IMG/VR virus record: IMGVR_UViG_3300028840_002598
Coordinates: 1 to 52,628 of that record
Strand: one strand, 5' to 3'
DNA: 52,628 nucleotides
From: a virus
Lineage: Duplodnaviria > Caudoviricetes
The first letter of the stretch is position 1, and the number at the start of each line of letters is the position of its first letter. Shown piece after piece: positions 35,269 to 44,307 of this stretch. The notes beneath the pieces are model-generated. The model made no database searches, had not been told where the DNA came from, and saw only the letters and a list, made by a program, of their open reading frames with translations. A program made the position numbers and the translations under genes.

Positions 35269-35796
35269 ATGGCTGTGGCTCGCGATCCTGATCGTTGCCC
35301 TCCTGGCGGTTTGCTTCTCCGGTTCACGGTGAACGGCAACCCGAGGCCGCAAGGATCAAAGCGCGCCCTCCCCGTGGGGAAACCGTGCCCGGTGTGCAAG
35401 CGCTCGCGCACCGTGCTGGTGGAACACGCGGACGCGAAGCTAAAGCGCTGGCGCAAGGACGTGACCACCGCGGCGCGCGAGGCATGGGGCGGCCGCGCTC
35501 CACTGGATCAACCGCTGATCCTCGGAGCCCGGTTCCTGTTCCCTCGCCCTCCCTCCCACCTGAAAAAGTCCGGCGGCCTCCGCAAGGGCAAGCCCCAGAC
35601 GAAACAGGACGCGCCGGACTTGTCCAAGCTGGTGCGCGCTGTGGAGGACGCCCTCACGGACGCCAAGGTGTGGACGGACGATCAGCGCGTGGTGGGCTAC
35701 TCCACGATCGCCAAGGACTACACCCGGGACGCGCACGCCATCGGCGTGGAGGTGGTGGTCCAGTCCTGGGATCCGCTGTGGGAGGTTGGCCGGTGA
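35269..35796 (+). CDS. rusA: RusA Holliday junction resolvase
   Basis: G.PRPQGSK, F.RP.SH, PDLSKLVRAVEDALT..WTDDQRV; start uncertain. Confidence 0.9.
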   Translation: MAVARDPDRCPPGGLLLRFTVNGNPRPQGSKRALPVGKPCPVCKRSRTVLVEHADAKLKRWRKDVTTAAREAWGGRAPLDQPLILGARFLFPRPPSHLKKSGGLRKGKPQTKQDAPDLSKLVRAVEDALTDAKVWTDDQRVVGYSTIAKDYTRDAHAIGVEVVVQSWDPLWEVGR

Positions 35797-36080
35797 GCAA
35801 CTGGGTTCCACGGCGCCGCAAGCCCGAGGGCAAGGAGGCCACCGCCGGCAAGTGGGGCACGATCTCCCAATGCCTTGGCGGGGACATCGTGTGCGCCCAG
35901 TCATGCGACGGCAAGCGGTTTGCGTGGCTGGAGATCGCCTGGTGCTATGGCGGCCGTGACCAGGACGCCATGGCGCACGTGTTCAACCCGGAGCGCGGTT
36001 GCATCGATCTCCGCGCTCCGTTTTTGCGCCAGATCAAGGGCTGGCAACGGTGCCGGTTCATGGGCGTGAGGAGCAAATGA
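35793..36080 (+). CDS. Hypothetical protein
   Basis: GGAGG RBS; GTGA overlap. Confidence 0.55.
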   Translation: MSNWVPRRRKPEGKEATAGKWGTISQCLGGDIVCAQSCDGKRFAWLEIAWCYGGRDQDAMAHVFNPERGCIDLRAPFLRQIKGWQRCRFMGVRSK

Positions 36081-36343
36081 TGGCCGATCAGCAAAGCAAG
36101 TGCCGGAGCTGTGGCGCGATGATCGTGTGGTGCAAGCTGGTGAGCGCGAACAACCCCACCGGCAAGCCCCACCCGCTGGACGCCGTGCCCACGTTCGATG
36201 GCACGATCGAACGCAAGCGCGACAAGCTGTCCTCCGACTATTACGGGCGCGTGGTCCCGAAGCGCGAGCGCGCCGGCGTTCGCTTGTACACCTCGCACTT
36301 TGCCACGTGCCCGAACGCGGGCGCGCACAGGAGGCGGCAATGA
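36077..36343 (+). CDS. Small Zn-binding phage protein
   Basis: CRSCGAMIVW ... SHFATCP. Confidence 0.7.
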   Translation: MMADQQSKCRSCGAMIVWCKLVSANNPTGKPHPLDAVPTFDGTIERKRDKLSSDYYGRVVPKRERAGVRLYTSHFATCPNAGAHRRRQ

Positions 36344-36729
36344 TTCCCAGCAAGCGAGTGATCTACATGGCGCACCCGGTATCGGGGGACGTGGAGGCGA
36401 ACCTGGCGCGCGCGCGCCGGTGGTTGCTGTGGATCTACAGGGAACACCCGGACACGGCCGTGGTGTGCAACTGGATCCTGGACTGTGAGATCCTGGACGA
36501 TAGCAACCCGGACGATCGCTCCATGGGCCTCCGGCATGACCTGGCCATCATTGAGCGCGTCGACGCTGTGTGGCTTGTGGGCGGCCGCGTGTCCGAGGGT
36601 ATGCAAGCGGAGGCCGATCACGCGGCAACCGTGGGCGTCGACGTGGTCGACTGTACCTACCTGGGAACGGAACCTCCGGCCGTCATGCCACCCGGCCAGG
36701 ACCCGGACGATCCGGACTTCAAACCGTGA
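36340..36729 (+). CDS. Nucleoside 2-deoxyribosyltransferase-like (DUF4406-like) protein
   Basis: IYMAHP.SGD.EAN..A ... DAVWLVG..SEGM.AE..A. Confidence 0.7.
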   Translation: MIPSKRVIYMAHPVSGDVEANLARARRWLLWIYREHPDTAVVCNWILDCEILDDSNPDDRSMGLRHDLAIIERVDAVWLVGGRVSEGMQAEADHAATVGVDVVDCTYLGTEPPAVMPPGQDPDDPDFKP

Positions 36730-37064
36730 CCACCCGCGATCCATACGAACCACCGCTGTGCGAGGACTGTGGCGCCCCCATGCCGGCCGCGGAATGGGAG
36801 GCATGGCGTAAGGTGCCCGGCGTCCAGGGCTCCGGGTTCGGCCTCGCGCTTGGCCCCATGTATCACTGTGGGTGCGTGCGGCGAGCGCAAGCAACCGCGC
36901 GCGATGCCACCCAGATGACCGAAGCGATCAAGCTCCTGGGGCGCGCGTGTGAAGCGCTCGAACAGATCAACGCAACCCTGGAACGCCACCTGGAGGCCGC
37001 GGAAAAGCTCCTCCGGCCTCCTGGCGTTCCTCATTCAAGGCGAGGGGAGAAGCGCAAGCGATGA
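36726..37064 (+). CDS. Zn-finger plus coiled-coil protein (paralog of 39054-39623)
   Basis: CEDCG..M.A.EW ... HCGC. Confidence 0.6.
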   Translation: MTTRDPYEPPLCEDCGAPMPAAEWEAWRKVPGVQGSGFGLALGPMYHCGCVRRAQATARDATQMTEAIKLLGRACEALEQINATLERHLEAAEKLLRPPGVPHSRRGEKRKR

Positions 37065-37465
37065 CAAGCGGAGCGGAGAAGCGAGCGCGCATCCGACGCA
37101 ACCGAATCACGGAGGAGTGCCGGCACTTCCACGGGATCCGGGTGGCCAAGTGCGAGGCCGGCGTGGTTTATCGGGACGTGTGGGGCGATGGCGCCCCGCG
37201 CGCGCTTCCGTGCCTCGCCATCCCGGGCAAGTGCGAGCGCCTGGACACGTGCGACAAGTACGATCCATTGACTGAGGAGGAGGTGGAGGCGCGCGAGCGC
37301 GAGATCGAACGGCGGGTGGAGGAGATGATCGCGAAGCTCAAGGCGAACATTTGCCCGGTGTGCGATCGGCCGATCAGGGCTCGAGCCCGGCAAGGCCGTT
37401 GCGTCTATGCCGTGCCGTGTGGCCACCGCCTTGGACAAGCCATGCGAAAGGAACACAAGCCATGA
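37061..37465 (+). CDS. Cys-rich hypothetical protein
   Basis: CRHF..C..PC..C; CPVC..C..PCGH. Confidence 0.7.
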   Translation: MTSGAEKRARIRRNRITEECRHFHGIRVAKCEAGVVYRDVWGDGAPRALPCLAIPGKCERLDTCDKYDPLTEEEVEAREREIERRVEEMIAKLKANICPVCDRPIRARARQGRCVYAVPCGHRLGQAMRKEHKP

Positions 37466-37743
37466 AAGCGGAAGTTCTCACCGATACGATCCACGGCCTC
37501 GCCGGAGGCCAGTTCCTCCGCGTGGTGCGCCTCGATCCCGAAGCGTGCAAGCTCCTCAGCGAGCTGGGCAACGATGAGGAACAGCGCGCCACGATCCCGG
37601 ACTGGTACAAGATCGGCCAGTCATTCGAGCCAAGCAAGATCCAGACTCCGGGCGCGCCAGCGGGAACCATGTTCCTGATGATCGTGACGCCGGATCCGGG
37701 CTGGTTCGTGACCAGGCTCAACCCCCAGGAGGCGCAGGCATGA
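37462..37743 (+). CDS. Hypothetical protein
   Basis: AAGGA RBS; ATGA overlap. Confidence 0.6.
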   Translation: MKAEVLTDTIHGLAGGQFLRVVRLDPEACKLLSELGNDEEQRATIPDWYKIGQSFEPSKIQTPGAPAGTMFLMIVTPDPGWFVTRLNPQEAQA

Positions 37744-38012
37744 ACAGCAAGGACGCGAAGCTCCTCCGGCGCTACGCTCGCCACATGTTCCGCCGTGCGA
37801 TGGCGGAACGCGAGGAGGCCATGATGGCCGAATCCAACCAACTGATCCCGCGCCGGCCTCCCAAGGACTGGGTGGGGCGCAACGAGGCCAAGGCGATCGA
37901 GTCCGATGGCCACCGCAAGCTGGTGGCCTGGTGGAACGCCCTCAGCGCCACGGACCAGGCCGCGGCACGGCGCAAGCTCAAGCGCGAGCTGGACGGCGAG
38001 GCCGCGGCATGA
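37740..38012 (+). CDS. Hypothetical protein
   Basis: AGGAGG RBS; ATGA overlap. Confidence 0.65.
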   Translation: MNSKDAKLLRRYARHMFRRAMAEREEAMMAESNQLIPRRPPKDWVGRNEAKAIESDGHRKLVAWWNALSATDQAAARRKLKRELDGEAAA

Positions 38013-38509
38013 GGCGCCCCCATTGGGCGCTATACGTGCTGGGCCTCCTGTGGTCCTCACCGCTCACGGCGCTGGGCCTGGTGCTGGCGCTGATCTACTT
38101 GCCCAAGTCCGTGCGGTGGTCGGACGGTTGCCTGGAGGTGGTGTGCGTGTGGATCATCGGCAACCCTGGCGCCCAGACATGGGGGATTGTCATTTGCTGC
38201 GCGTCCAAGGAGGATCGCGACGATCCGATCCTCCGCGTCCATGAGCGCGTCCACGTGGTCCAGGCGTTCTATGGCGGGATCCCGGTGTACGCGCTTGGGT
38301 GGCTCGCCATGTGGGCGTGGAACATGATCGCCATGGAGGAGGCTGATTCCCCGCGTTACCCGGATCATCTCCCCCTCATGTACAAGGGCAAGCCGCGGCC
38401 GCGCTGGTGGCGCGCTTACGTCCTGATCTACTGGGAGCGCGTGGCGTACAAGGCCGATCACGAATACGATCTGGGGACTCGCCCGTGGGCCTGGGGGGCC
38501 GCGGCGTGA
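38009..38509 (+). CDS. Membrane-associated zincin-like protein
   Basis: N-terminal TM; AQTWG, HERVHVVQ and AY..IYWERVAY. Confidence 0.65.
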   Translation: MRRPHWALYVLGLLWSSPLTALGLVLALIYLPKSVRWSDGCLEVVCVWIIGNPGAQTWGIVICCASKEDRDDPILRVHERVHVVQAFYGGIPVYALGWLAMWAWNMIAMEEADSPRYPDHLPLMYKGKPRPRWWRAYVLIYWERVAYKADHEYDLGTRPWAWGAAA

Positions 38510-39057
38510 ACCCGCTCCGCATACCGCTCCGGGGGGAGGCTTGGCCTGTGGCTGAAACGCCGAAACAGATCCACAAGGCCCGGCCGTGTCCGGTGTGCGG
38601 GAAGTCCTGGAGGCCGTGGGCCGGCTCCTATCTCCCATGCCATGCGCGATGCCTCCTCACCGAGGAGGCACAGGAGGCGTGTTTCCAGTCCTGGCGCTCC
38701 ATGGTTGAAATGGCGGCCCACCTCGGTGTATCTGTGGCCGTCATTCGCGCCTCGATTGCGGAAGTTCGCAAGCGGCGCGAGCGCCGGCCAGCTCCGCGGC
38801 GCGCCCGCAAGTCGACCACGGCGAAGCGGGGGAAAGCAACGCCAGCACGCGCGGCCTTGCACGGGGCGCCCGTGGGGCGAACGTGCGCGCTGTGCGTGTG
38901 CCGTGAGGCCGATCGGTTCGTGGAGCATGACGGCCGCCTGGTGGCCGCGTGCGCCGTTTGTTGCGAGGAACACCCGCGATCCGGCCGCTGGGCGTTCGAT
39001 GACGCGCCCCCCGAGGACGCAAGGCCATTGCCGGGGAAAGCGAGATCGGACCAGTGA
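38506..39057 (+). CDS. Zn-finger/HTH hypothetical protein
   Basis: CPVC..CHARC, SMVEMAAHLGVSVAVI HTH-like segment, CALC..CAVC. Confidence 0.55.
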   Translation: MNPLRIPLRGEAWPVAETPKQIHKARPCPVCGKSWRPWAGSYLPCHARCLLTEEAQEACFQSWRSMVEMAAHLGVSVAVIRASIAEVRKRRERRPAPRRARKSTTAKRGKATPARAALHGAPVGRTCALCVCREADRFVEHDGRLVAACAVCCEEHPRSGRWAFDDAPPEDARPLPGKARSDQ

Positions 39058-39623
39058 GGACGATCAGGTGTCTGGACTGTGGCCGCGAGATGACGGCCAG
39101 CGAATGGCGGACCTACTTCGGGCGAGTTGACGGCGTTCTACATGGCGGGATGACGCCGGCGTGGCATTGCGGTTGCGATGGCCCGGCACTGTTCGGCTGG
39201 AACGTTCAAATTCCCGAGGAGGACCCCCTCCGGGAAATGTTCGAGGAGGAACAGCGCGAGGAGCGCCTGGCCCTCCGGGACGCCACGCGCGAGCTGGAGG
39301 AGCGCCTGGCGCGCCACCGCGGCGCCTGGTCCGCCGTGATCGAGCGAATCTCCGGCCAGGGAACGCCCCCGCCGTGTTTCAACCCGGAACCCGAGGCCAT
39401 GGCGGCGATCGTTCTGGAGAAGCACAGCGAGCTTTTGATCCAGCTCGCGAGCCTCAACGATCAGCGCCAGGATTTCCAGCGACATTTCGAGGCGGCGGCC
39501 ATCGAATCGGGCCACCGTAGGACTACAATCGAGCGCCTCAACCGCGAGCTAGCGGAGGAGCGCGCGCGGAGCGCGGCCCTCGCGGCGCGCCTGGACGAAT
39601 ACATCGCAAAACAGGAGGACTGA
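39054..39623 (+). CDS. Zn-finger plus coiled-coil protein
   Basis: CLDCG..M.A.EW ... HCGC; coiled coil. Confidence 0.65.
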   Translation: MRTIRCLDCGREMTASEWRTYFGRVDGVLHGGMTPAWHCGCDGPALFGWNVQIPEEDPLREMFEEEQREERLALRDATRELEERLARHRGAWSAVIERISGQGTPPPCFNPEPEAMAAIVLEKHSELLIQLASLNDQRQDFQRHFEAAAIESGHRRTTIERLNRELAEERARSAALAARLDEYIAKQED

Positions 39624-39626
39624 CCG

Positions 39627-40031
39627 ATGGCGGACGAACACAAAAGCAACTTTCTGATCACCCTGGAGGAGATGACCGAGGGCAAGGTGATCAAGCGCCT
39701 AGATGAGGAACTGGCCAAGGTGATCGAAGCGGTGGGCGACACCACCAAGGTGGGATCCGTAACCCTCAAGCTGTCGATCAAGTGGGAAAACGCCATGGCC
39801 ATGGTGAGCGCCGATGTCACCACCAAGATCCCACAGCACGGCCTCCCCGCGTCCCTGTTCTACTTCGGGAACAAGGAGGACGGGAAGCTATACCGCGAGG
39901 ACCCGCGCCAGCTCACCCTCCGCAACCTCGAACCCAAGAAACCGGCTCCGCTCCGCGCGGTGGCTGAACTACCCGTGGCCCCAATTCGCGAGGGCGACCC
40001 GGGCGACCCGGACACCGAAACCCACCATTAG
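39627..40031 (+). CDS. YfdP-like protein
   Basis: L..V..AV..T.K.GSVTLKL.I..K.P..F..G.L.REDPRQ; adjacent to YfdQ. Confidence 0.75.
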   Translation: MADEHKSNFLITLEEMTEGKVIKRLDEELAKVIEAVGDTTKVGSVTLKLSIKWENAMAMVSADVTTKIPQHGLPASLFYFGNKEDGKLYREDPRQLTLRNLEPKKPAPLRAVAELPVAPIREGDPGDPDTETHH

Positions 40032-40046
40032 ACACAGGAGGACCGA

Positions 40047-40931
40047 ATGGCAACCGAACAAACCGAAGTCCGCGCGGCGGTAACCGCCGGCGCACAGGCC
40101 GCCAAGCTCAAGGAGCGCATGGCAACGCTGGACGGGATCCCGATCGTTCTGGCGAACGGGGACCAGAAAGTGATCGTTCCCCGCGAGGCCCTGGAGTTGA
40201 TCGCGGAGCGCCAGGGCCACCCAGCACGGGCCAGCGGCGTGTCCGTCCACCACCAGCTCGATAGCTTCACCGCCCACGTGAACCGGAACAAGCGGCCGTC
40301 CACCACGCTATGGGCGGACGTGGAGGATCAGGAGGTGCAAGCGATTTACAATTACCACGGCGCGGAGCCCGAGGAGAACAGCTATCCCGGGTGGCTGGAC
40401 TACCGCGCGCGGTATTCGATGCCCACCGCGGACGCCTGGGACTTCTGGACCGGCAAGGCCGGCGACACCATGCACCAGGACGAATTCGGGGACCTGATCG
40501 AGGAGCGAATGGACGATCTCACCTCCGGCGAGGGTTACCCGAAGCCCGCGGCGCTCCTGGAGATGGCGCGCAACCTCAAGATCCACACGGCGGGACAGTT
40601 CACGCGCTCCGTGAACCCCACCACCGGCGAGTCCGCGCTGGTGTGCAAAACCGAGCACACCCAGGACAGCACCAAGATCCCGCGCGCGTTTCAGATCGGG
40701 ATCCCGGTGTTCCGCTCCGGCGTGAGCTACGCGGTGGAGTGCCGGATCCGGTTCCGCCTCCAGCACGGGAACGCGATCTTTTCGTTCGAGGTTCACCGCG
40801 AGCGCGAGATCCTCCTGGACGCTTTCTCCGAGGCCGTGGCCTCGATCGAGTCCGCGTGTGAGGGCGTCCCGGTGTTCTGGGGCGTGCCCGAACAGAAGCC
40901 CACGCCGGCGATCGTCGACTGTCCGTTCTAG
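40047..40931 (+). CDS. YfdQ/DUF2303 family protein
   Basis: DSF..VN, AIYNYH, GW.DYRA, Q.EF..IE, IP..F.I.IPVF. Confidence 0.85.
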   Translation: MATEQTEVRAAVTAGAQAAKLKERMATLDGIPIVLANGDQKVIVPREALELIAERQGHPARASGVSVHHQLDSFTAHVNRNKRPSTTLWADVEDQEVQAIYNYHGAEPEENSYPGWLDYRARYSMPTADAWDFWTGKAGDTMHQDEFGDLIEERMDDLTSGEGYPKPAALLEMARNLKIHTAGQFTRSVNPTTGESALVCKTEHTQDSTKIPRAFQIGIPVFRSGVSYAVECRIRFRLQHGNAIFSFEVHREREILLDAFSEAVASIESACEGVPVFWGVPEQKPTPAIVDCPF

Positions 40932-40933
40932 CG

Positions 40934-41188
40934 ATGCCCGGAAACGTTCACGCCCTCCGGCGCACGCCGGCGACATTGGAGGAATTCCACGCCGTCCTCG
41001 ATCAGGGGATAGCGCATGGAGCGAGGGCCGGCGTTCTGATCCTTGCCTATCCCGAGGACCAGGCGCCGGAGGGCGGAACGTGGGAGGCGTTCGGAACGGA
41101 CGGCATGAACGGCGCGGAGCGCACGTTCATATATCAGCAATTGATCCTGATCGAAATCAGCTCACAGGATGACGGCGGCGACGGCTAG
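40934..41188 (+). CDS. Hypothetical protein
   Basis: Operon spacing and codon usage. Confidence 0.55.
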   Translation: MPGNVHALRRTPATLEEFHAVLDQGIAHGARAGVLILAYPEDQAPEGGTWEAFGTDGMNGAERTFIYQQLILIEISSQDDGGDG

Positions 41189-41219
41189 CAGGCTCGAGCC
41201 CACGACGCAGGAGGAACGG

Positions 41220-41850
41220 ATGGCAACCGAGGAACAGCAACGCGAGATCCAGCGGCGCGAGTCCGCACGCGCGCGCCGCGCAATGTTCGCCGCGCACGCA
41301 ATGGCGGCAATGCTCACGGAGCCGGACATCGATCGGCACTTTGCGGAGGTGGCCGCACGCGCCTGGCGAATGGCGGACCCACCGCGTCCGCAAAACCTCG
41401 CGCGAGGCTTACGCGGCCCTGGTGGAGTCCGGCGGGTTGAGCGAACGGCGCGCGGAGGTGTACGCGGCGCTTTTCGCCATCGGGCCAGCGACGGCAAACG
41501 AGTGTTTCCAGCACCTCGCCAAGAACCTACCGTTTGACGGCAACGTCCACGCCCGGTTTGTGGAGTTGCGCGCCATGGGCCTAGCTGAGGAACTGGGGAC
41601 GAAAACCTGTAGGACCAGCGGCCGCAAGGCCATCCTGTGGGACGTGACCGATCGCGTGGTGCCGTTGCCGTACAAGCGCCCGGAGGACACCCCCAGCAAG
41701 TCCCTCCTGGAGGAGGTGAACCAGATCGCCATGGAGGCCCTGATCGTCCTCCAGAAAGCCTCCGAGGATTACGCGGACTTGATACTGAGGGCGGAATCCG
41801 TGCGCCTCCGGGGCGAGCTGGCGGACTGGCGAAAACGGGCCAAAGTGTAA
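41220..41850 (+). pseudogene. Frame-broken gene(s): FAAxAM/A..AW..AD domain followed by a winged-HTH domain in the +1 frame
   Basis: Coding signal switches frame at about 41376-41380 (ATG GCG G ACC CAC); the second frame lacks a convincing start. Confidence 0.5.
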
Positions 41851-41857
41851 CGGCGGG

Positions 41858-41875
41858 AACGTGGTAACGTTACCA
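41858..41875. promoter_or_regulatory. 14-bp perfect palindrome TGGTAACGTTACCA upstream of terS
   Basis: 41862-41875; overlapping AACGTGGTAACG recurs at 52010-52021. Confidence 0.55.
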
Positions 41876-41893
41876 AGTGCAAGTTTCTGAGGG

Positions 41894-42421
41894 TTGAAGG
41901 TGGCGGGACGGCAAAAAAACCCGGACATGCTGGACGCCGTGGAGCGCGCTATGGCCCGCGGCGTTTCGTTCCGGGACATCCTGGCCGCCTGTGAGGCCAA
42001 ATGGCACGTGAGCGAGGCCACCGTGGCCCGCTACTGTTCCCACATTCGCAAGCGCTGGGCGCGCGAGGAGGAGGAGCTACGCCCGGAGCGCCGCGCCGAA
42101 TTCCGGGCCATGCTGAGGGACGCCTGGCAAATGGCCAGGGAGAACAAGCAAGGGATGGCCCTCGCCTCCCTCGCTCGCGTCCTCGCGTCCCTGGACGGCC
42201 TGAACCAGCCGGCGCAACTCCAGGTTGCCATTGCCGGCCAGGTGGACATCCGGGCCATGACGCCAGGCGAGCGCCGCGAGGAGATCGATCGCCTGATCGC
42301 CTTGCGGCGTGAGGCCATGGACGGGACGGCGGCCGGGCCTCCCCAGCTCCCAGCACACCCGCCAGGCAACGGGCGCGGGAACGGGCACGGCAACGGTCAC
42401 GGGGGGAACGGTCACGGTTGA
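41894..42421 (+). CDS. Putative terminase small subunit
   Basis: N-terminal HTH (SFRDI..WHVSEATVARY), helical core, L.GL..P, C-terminal beta strand plus MT..E; start uncertain. Confidence 0.6.
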   Translation: MKVAGRQKNPDMLDAVERAMARGVSFRDILAACEAKWHVSEATVARYCSHIRKRWAREEEELRPERRAEFRAMLRDAWQMARENKQGMALASLARVLASLDGLNQPAQLQVAIAGQVDIRAMTPGERREEIDRLIALRREAMDGTAAGPPQLPAHPPGNGRGNGHGNGHGGNGHG

Positions 42422-42795
42422 GCGCCACAGTCCAGAAAGCAACGGCGGCCCTCCTCCTGGCCGCGCTCCTCGCGCTCCTCATGGCCGTGGTGGTCCAGCG
42501 GTACCAGATGACCGCGCTCCATGAGCGCCAGGATCAACTTGCGGAGGAAATGGCCACGGTCCGATCGGACGCCACCGCCAAGCTGGCCATGGCGGACGCA
42601 CAGCACGCCGTCCACGTCCGTGAGCTGGCCGAACGCAAGCGGGACGCCGAACTGTGCCACCGAGGAGTCCAGGCCATAGCGCGGAGCCTGGAGGCCGTGG
42701 CGAACAGTTGCCCGGGGCGAGAATGGCCGCCGGCGTGGGATAGAATCCGCGAGCTGGCCAAGCTGAGGCCACCAGGAGGAACCGATGGCAACTGA
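42418..42795 (+). CDS. N-terminal TM plus coiled-coil protein
   Basis: AALLLAALLALLMAVVV then heptads. Confidence 0.6.
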   Translation: MSATVQKATAALLLAALLALLMAVVVQRYQMTALHERQDQLAEEMATVRSDATAKLAMADAQHAVHVRELAERKRDAELCHRGVQAIARSLEAVANSCPGREWPPAWDRIRELAKLRPPGGTDGN

Positions 42796-42997
42796 GATCG
42801 CAGCGGACAAGTGGGAGGAGATCGATCCCACGCCCAAGGCCCTGATCAAGATCGAATGCCCCACGTGTGGCGTGTTCTACCCGTGCCAGCCAACGGTGGC
42901 GGCGGACGGCACAATTGATCCGTGGGCGTGCCCGAAACAGGATTGCACGTTCGCGCCGGACGGCGGCGCGATCAAGCTGGTGGGCTGGACGCCGTGA
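42785..42997 (+). CDS. Zn-ribbon microprotein
   Basis: CPTCG ... CPKQDC..LVGW; AGGAGG RBS. Confidence 0.7.
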   Translation: MATEIAADKWEEIDPTPKALIKIECPTCGVFYPCQPTVAADGTIDPWACPKQDCTFAPDGGAIKLVGWTP

Positions 42998-43230
42998 GGA
43001 AACCGCAACCTGGCCGGTGTGGCGTGTGCGGCACCGCGGTGGTCATGCCCACGGTGGTGGAGGTTCTCCGCATGGCGGACGCCTGGCGCGAGTCCGCGCG
43101 CCTGTGGGTGTCCGGCCATTGTTATGAGGCGGACGATCGCGATCGGCAATGGCGCCTCCGCATGGTGCGGTGTGAGCGCCACGTGGACGAAAGCGATCCG
43201 CGCTACCGCGTGGAGATGATCACCGCGTGA
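42994..43230 (+). CDS. Zn-finger microprotein
   Basis: CGVCG ... CERH; GTGA overlap. Confidence 0.55.
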   Translation: MRKPQPGRCGVCGTAVVMPTVVEVLRMADAWRESARLWVSGHCYEADDRDRQWRLRMVRCERHVDESDPRYRVEMITA

Positions 43231-43269
43231 GCGCTTGCGCGGGCTCGAACCAGGACACAGGAGGAGAGG

Positions 43270-43629
43270 ATGGCAATTCAAAGGCGTAGGAATCGGGACG
43301 GGGACTCGCTCCGGCCCACCGGGAACACACCACGGCGAGCCGCCGCGGCGAAGTCCGTCCACCCGAGGGGGAGAAAGTTCCCAGGAGGCAAGCCCCAGCG
43401 GCGCATGGAGCGCGCGAAGCGTGAGCGCTTCACACGGGCGCTGGAGGAGGAGAACGCCAGCAACGCGGAACAGCGCCGCGCACAGCGCAAGCGGCGCACC
43501 ACGGGCGCGGAGAAGCGCCAGCGGAGGCGTGCGCGCTACCTGGCCACCCTCGGGGAGCGCCTGGTGGTGAACGCCACCGCGGCCGCCACGCCGAACCACG
43601 TGGAGATTTCCGGCGAGGTGACGCCGTGA
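43270..43629 (+). CDS. Arg-rich basic protein (nucleic-acid-binding candidate)
   Basis: GACACAGGAG RBS; EQRRAQRKRR..EKRQRRRAR. Confidence 0.7.
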   Translation: MAIQRRRNRDGDSLRPTGNTPRRAAAAKSVHPRGRKFPGGKPQRRMERAKRERFTRALEEENASNAEQRRAQRKRRTTGAEKRQRRRARYLATLGERLVVNATAAATPNHVEISGEVTP

Positions 43630-43847
43630 CCCTAACGCCGGACACGTTCGGCGGACGAATCCAGGACCGGGCCATGGGAATGGTGTGTCCGTTCTGTGGC
43701 GCGATGCGCGGCCACGGTTGCCGGACTCGCTCCTCCGGGATGCCGGCCCAGCTCCATGCGGCGCGCTGGGCCAAGGCAAGGGCGCGCCTGGTGTCGGAGG
43801 GAGACGGGCCTCACAAGGACTACACCGGGCCAGTGGGGCTGGCGTGA
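43626..43847 (+). CDS. Zn-finger microprotein
   Basis: CPFCGA..G.GC....H.AR. Confidence 0.65.
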   Translation: MTLTPDTFGGRIQDRAMGMVCPFCGAMRGHGCRTRSSGMPAQLHAARWAKARARLVSEGDGPHKDYTGPVGLA

Positions 43848-44098
43848 CGTGCGAGCGATTCGATCTCCCCGGAGGAGGGTTCGCCATCGTGTGTTCCCGA
43901 GGGAAACGCGCGCGGCGTTGCTCCGTTCCGGGTTGCGATCGCGAGGCGTCCAAGCTGTGCGACTGGCCCACGCGATCGAAGTCCGGCACGTGTGATCGTG
44001 CGCTGTGCGAGGCACACGCCGTCCACGTGGGCGAGGATCGCGACTATTGCCCACCGCACGCGAGGCACGCGGAGATCCAGCCCTCACTGTTTCCATGA
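43844..44098 (+). CDS. Cys/His-rich microprotein
   Basis: CSVPGC..LCD..TCD..LC..H..DYCPPH. Confidence 0.65.
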   Translation: MTCERFDLPGGGFAIVCSRGKRARRCSVPGCDREASKLCDWPTRSKSGTCDRALCEAHAVHVGEDRDYCPPHARHAEIQPSLFP

Positions 44099-44307
44099 GC
44101 ATGATCGTTCCACTCCTGTGGCTGTACCTGATCGGCCTGGCGCTCCACGTTCCCGTCCTGGTGATCGTGGCGTGGAGAATGATGCGCGACCCGAAGCACG
44201 AAAGCGCGCGCACCACGATCCTGGCCGCGGGGATCTGTGCCGTGCTGTGGCCCCAGACGATCACCGTGGTGATCAGGGAGATGGCGCGCGGTGGAGTGGA
44301 CCGCTGA
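44095..44307 (+). CDS. Small two-TM membrane protein
   Basis: Two hydrophobic helices with LWP motif. Confidence 0.6.
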   Translation: MSMIVPLLWLYLIGLALHVPVLVIVAWRMMRDPKHESARTTILAAGICAVLWPQTITVVIREMARGGVDR

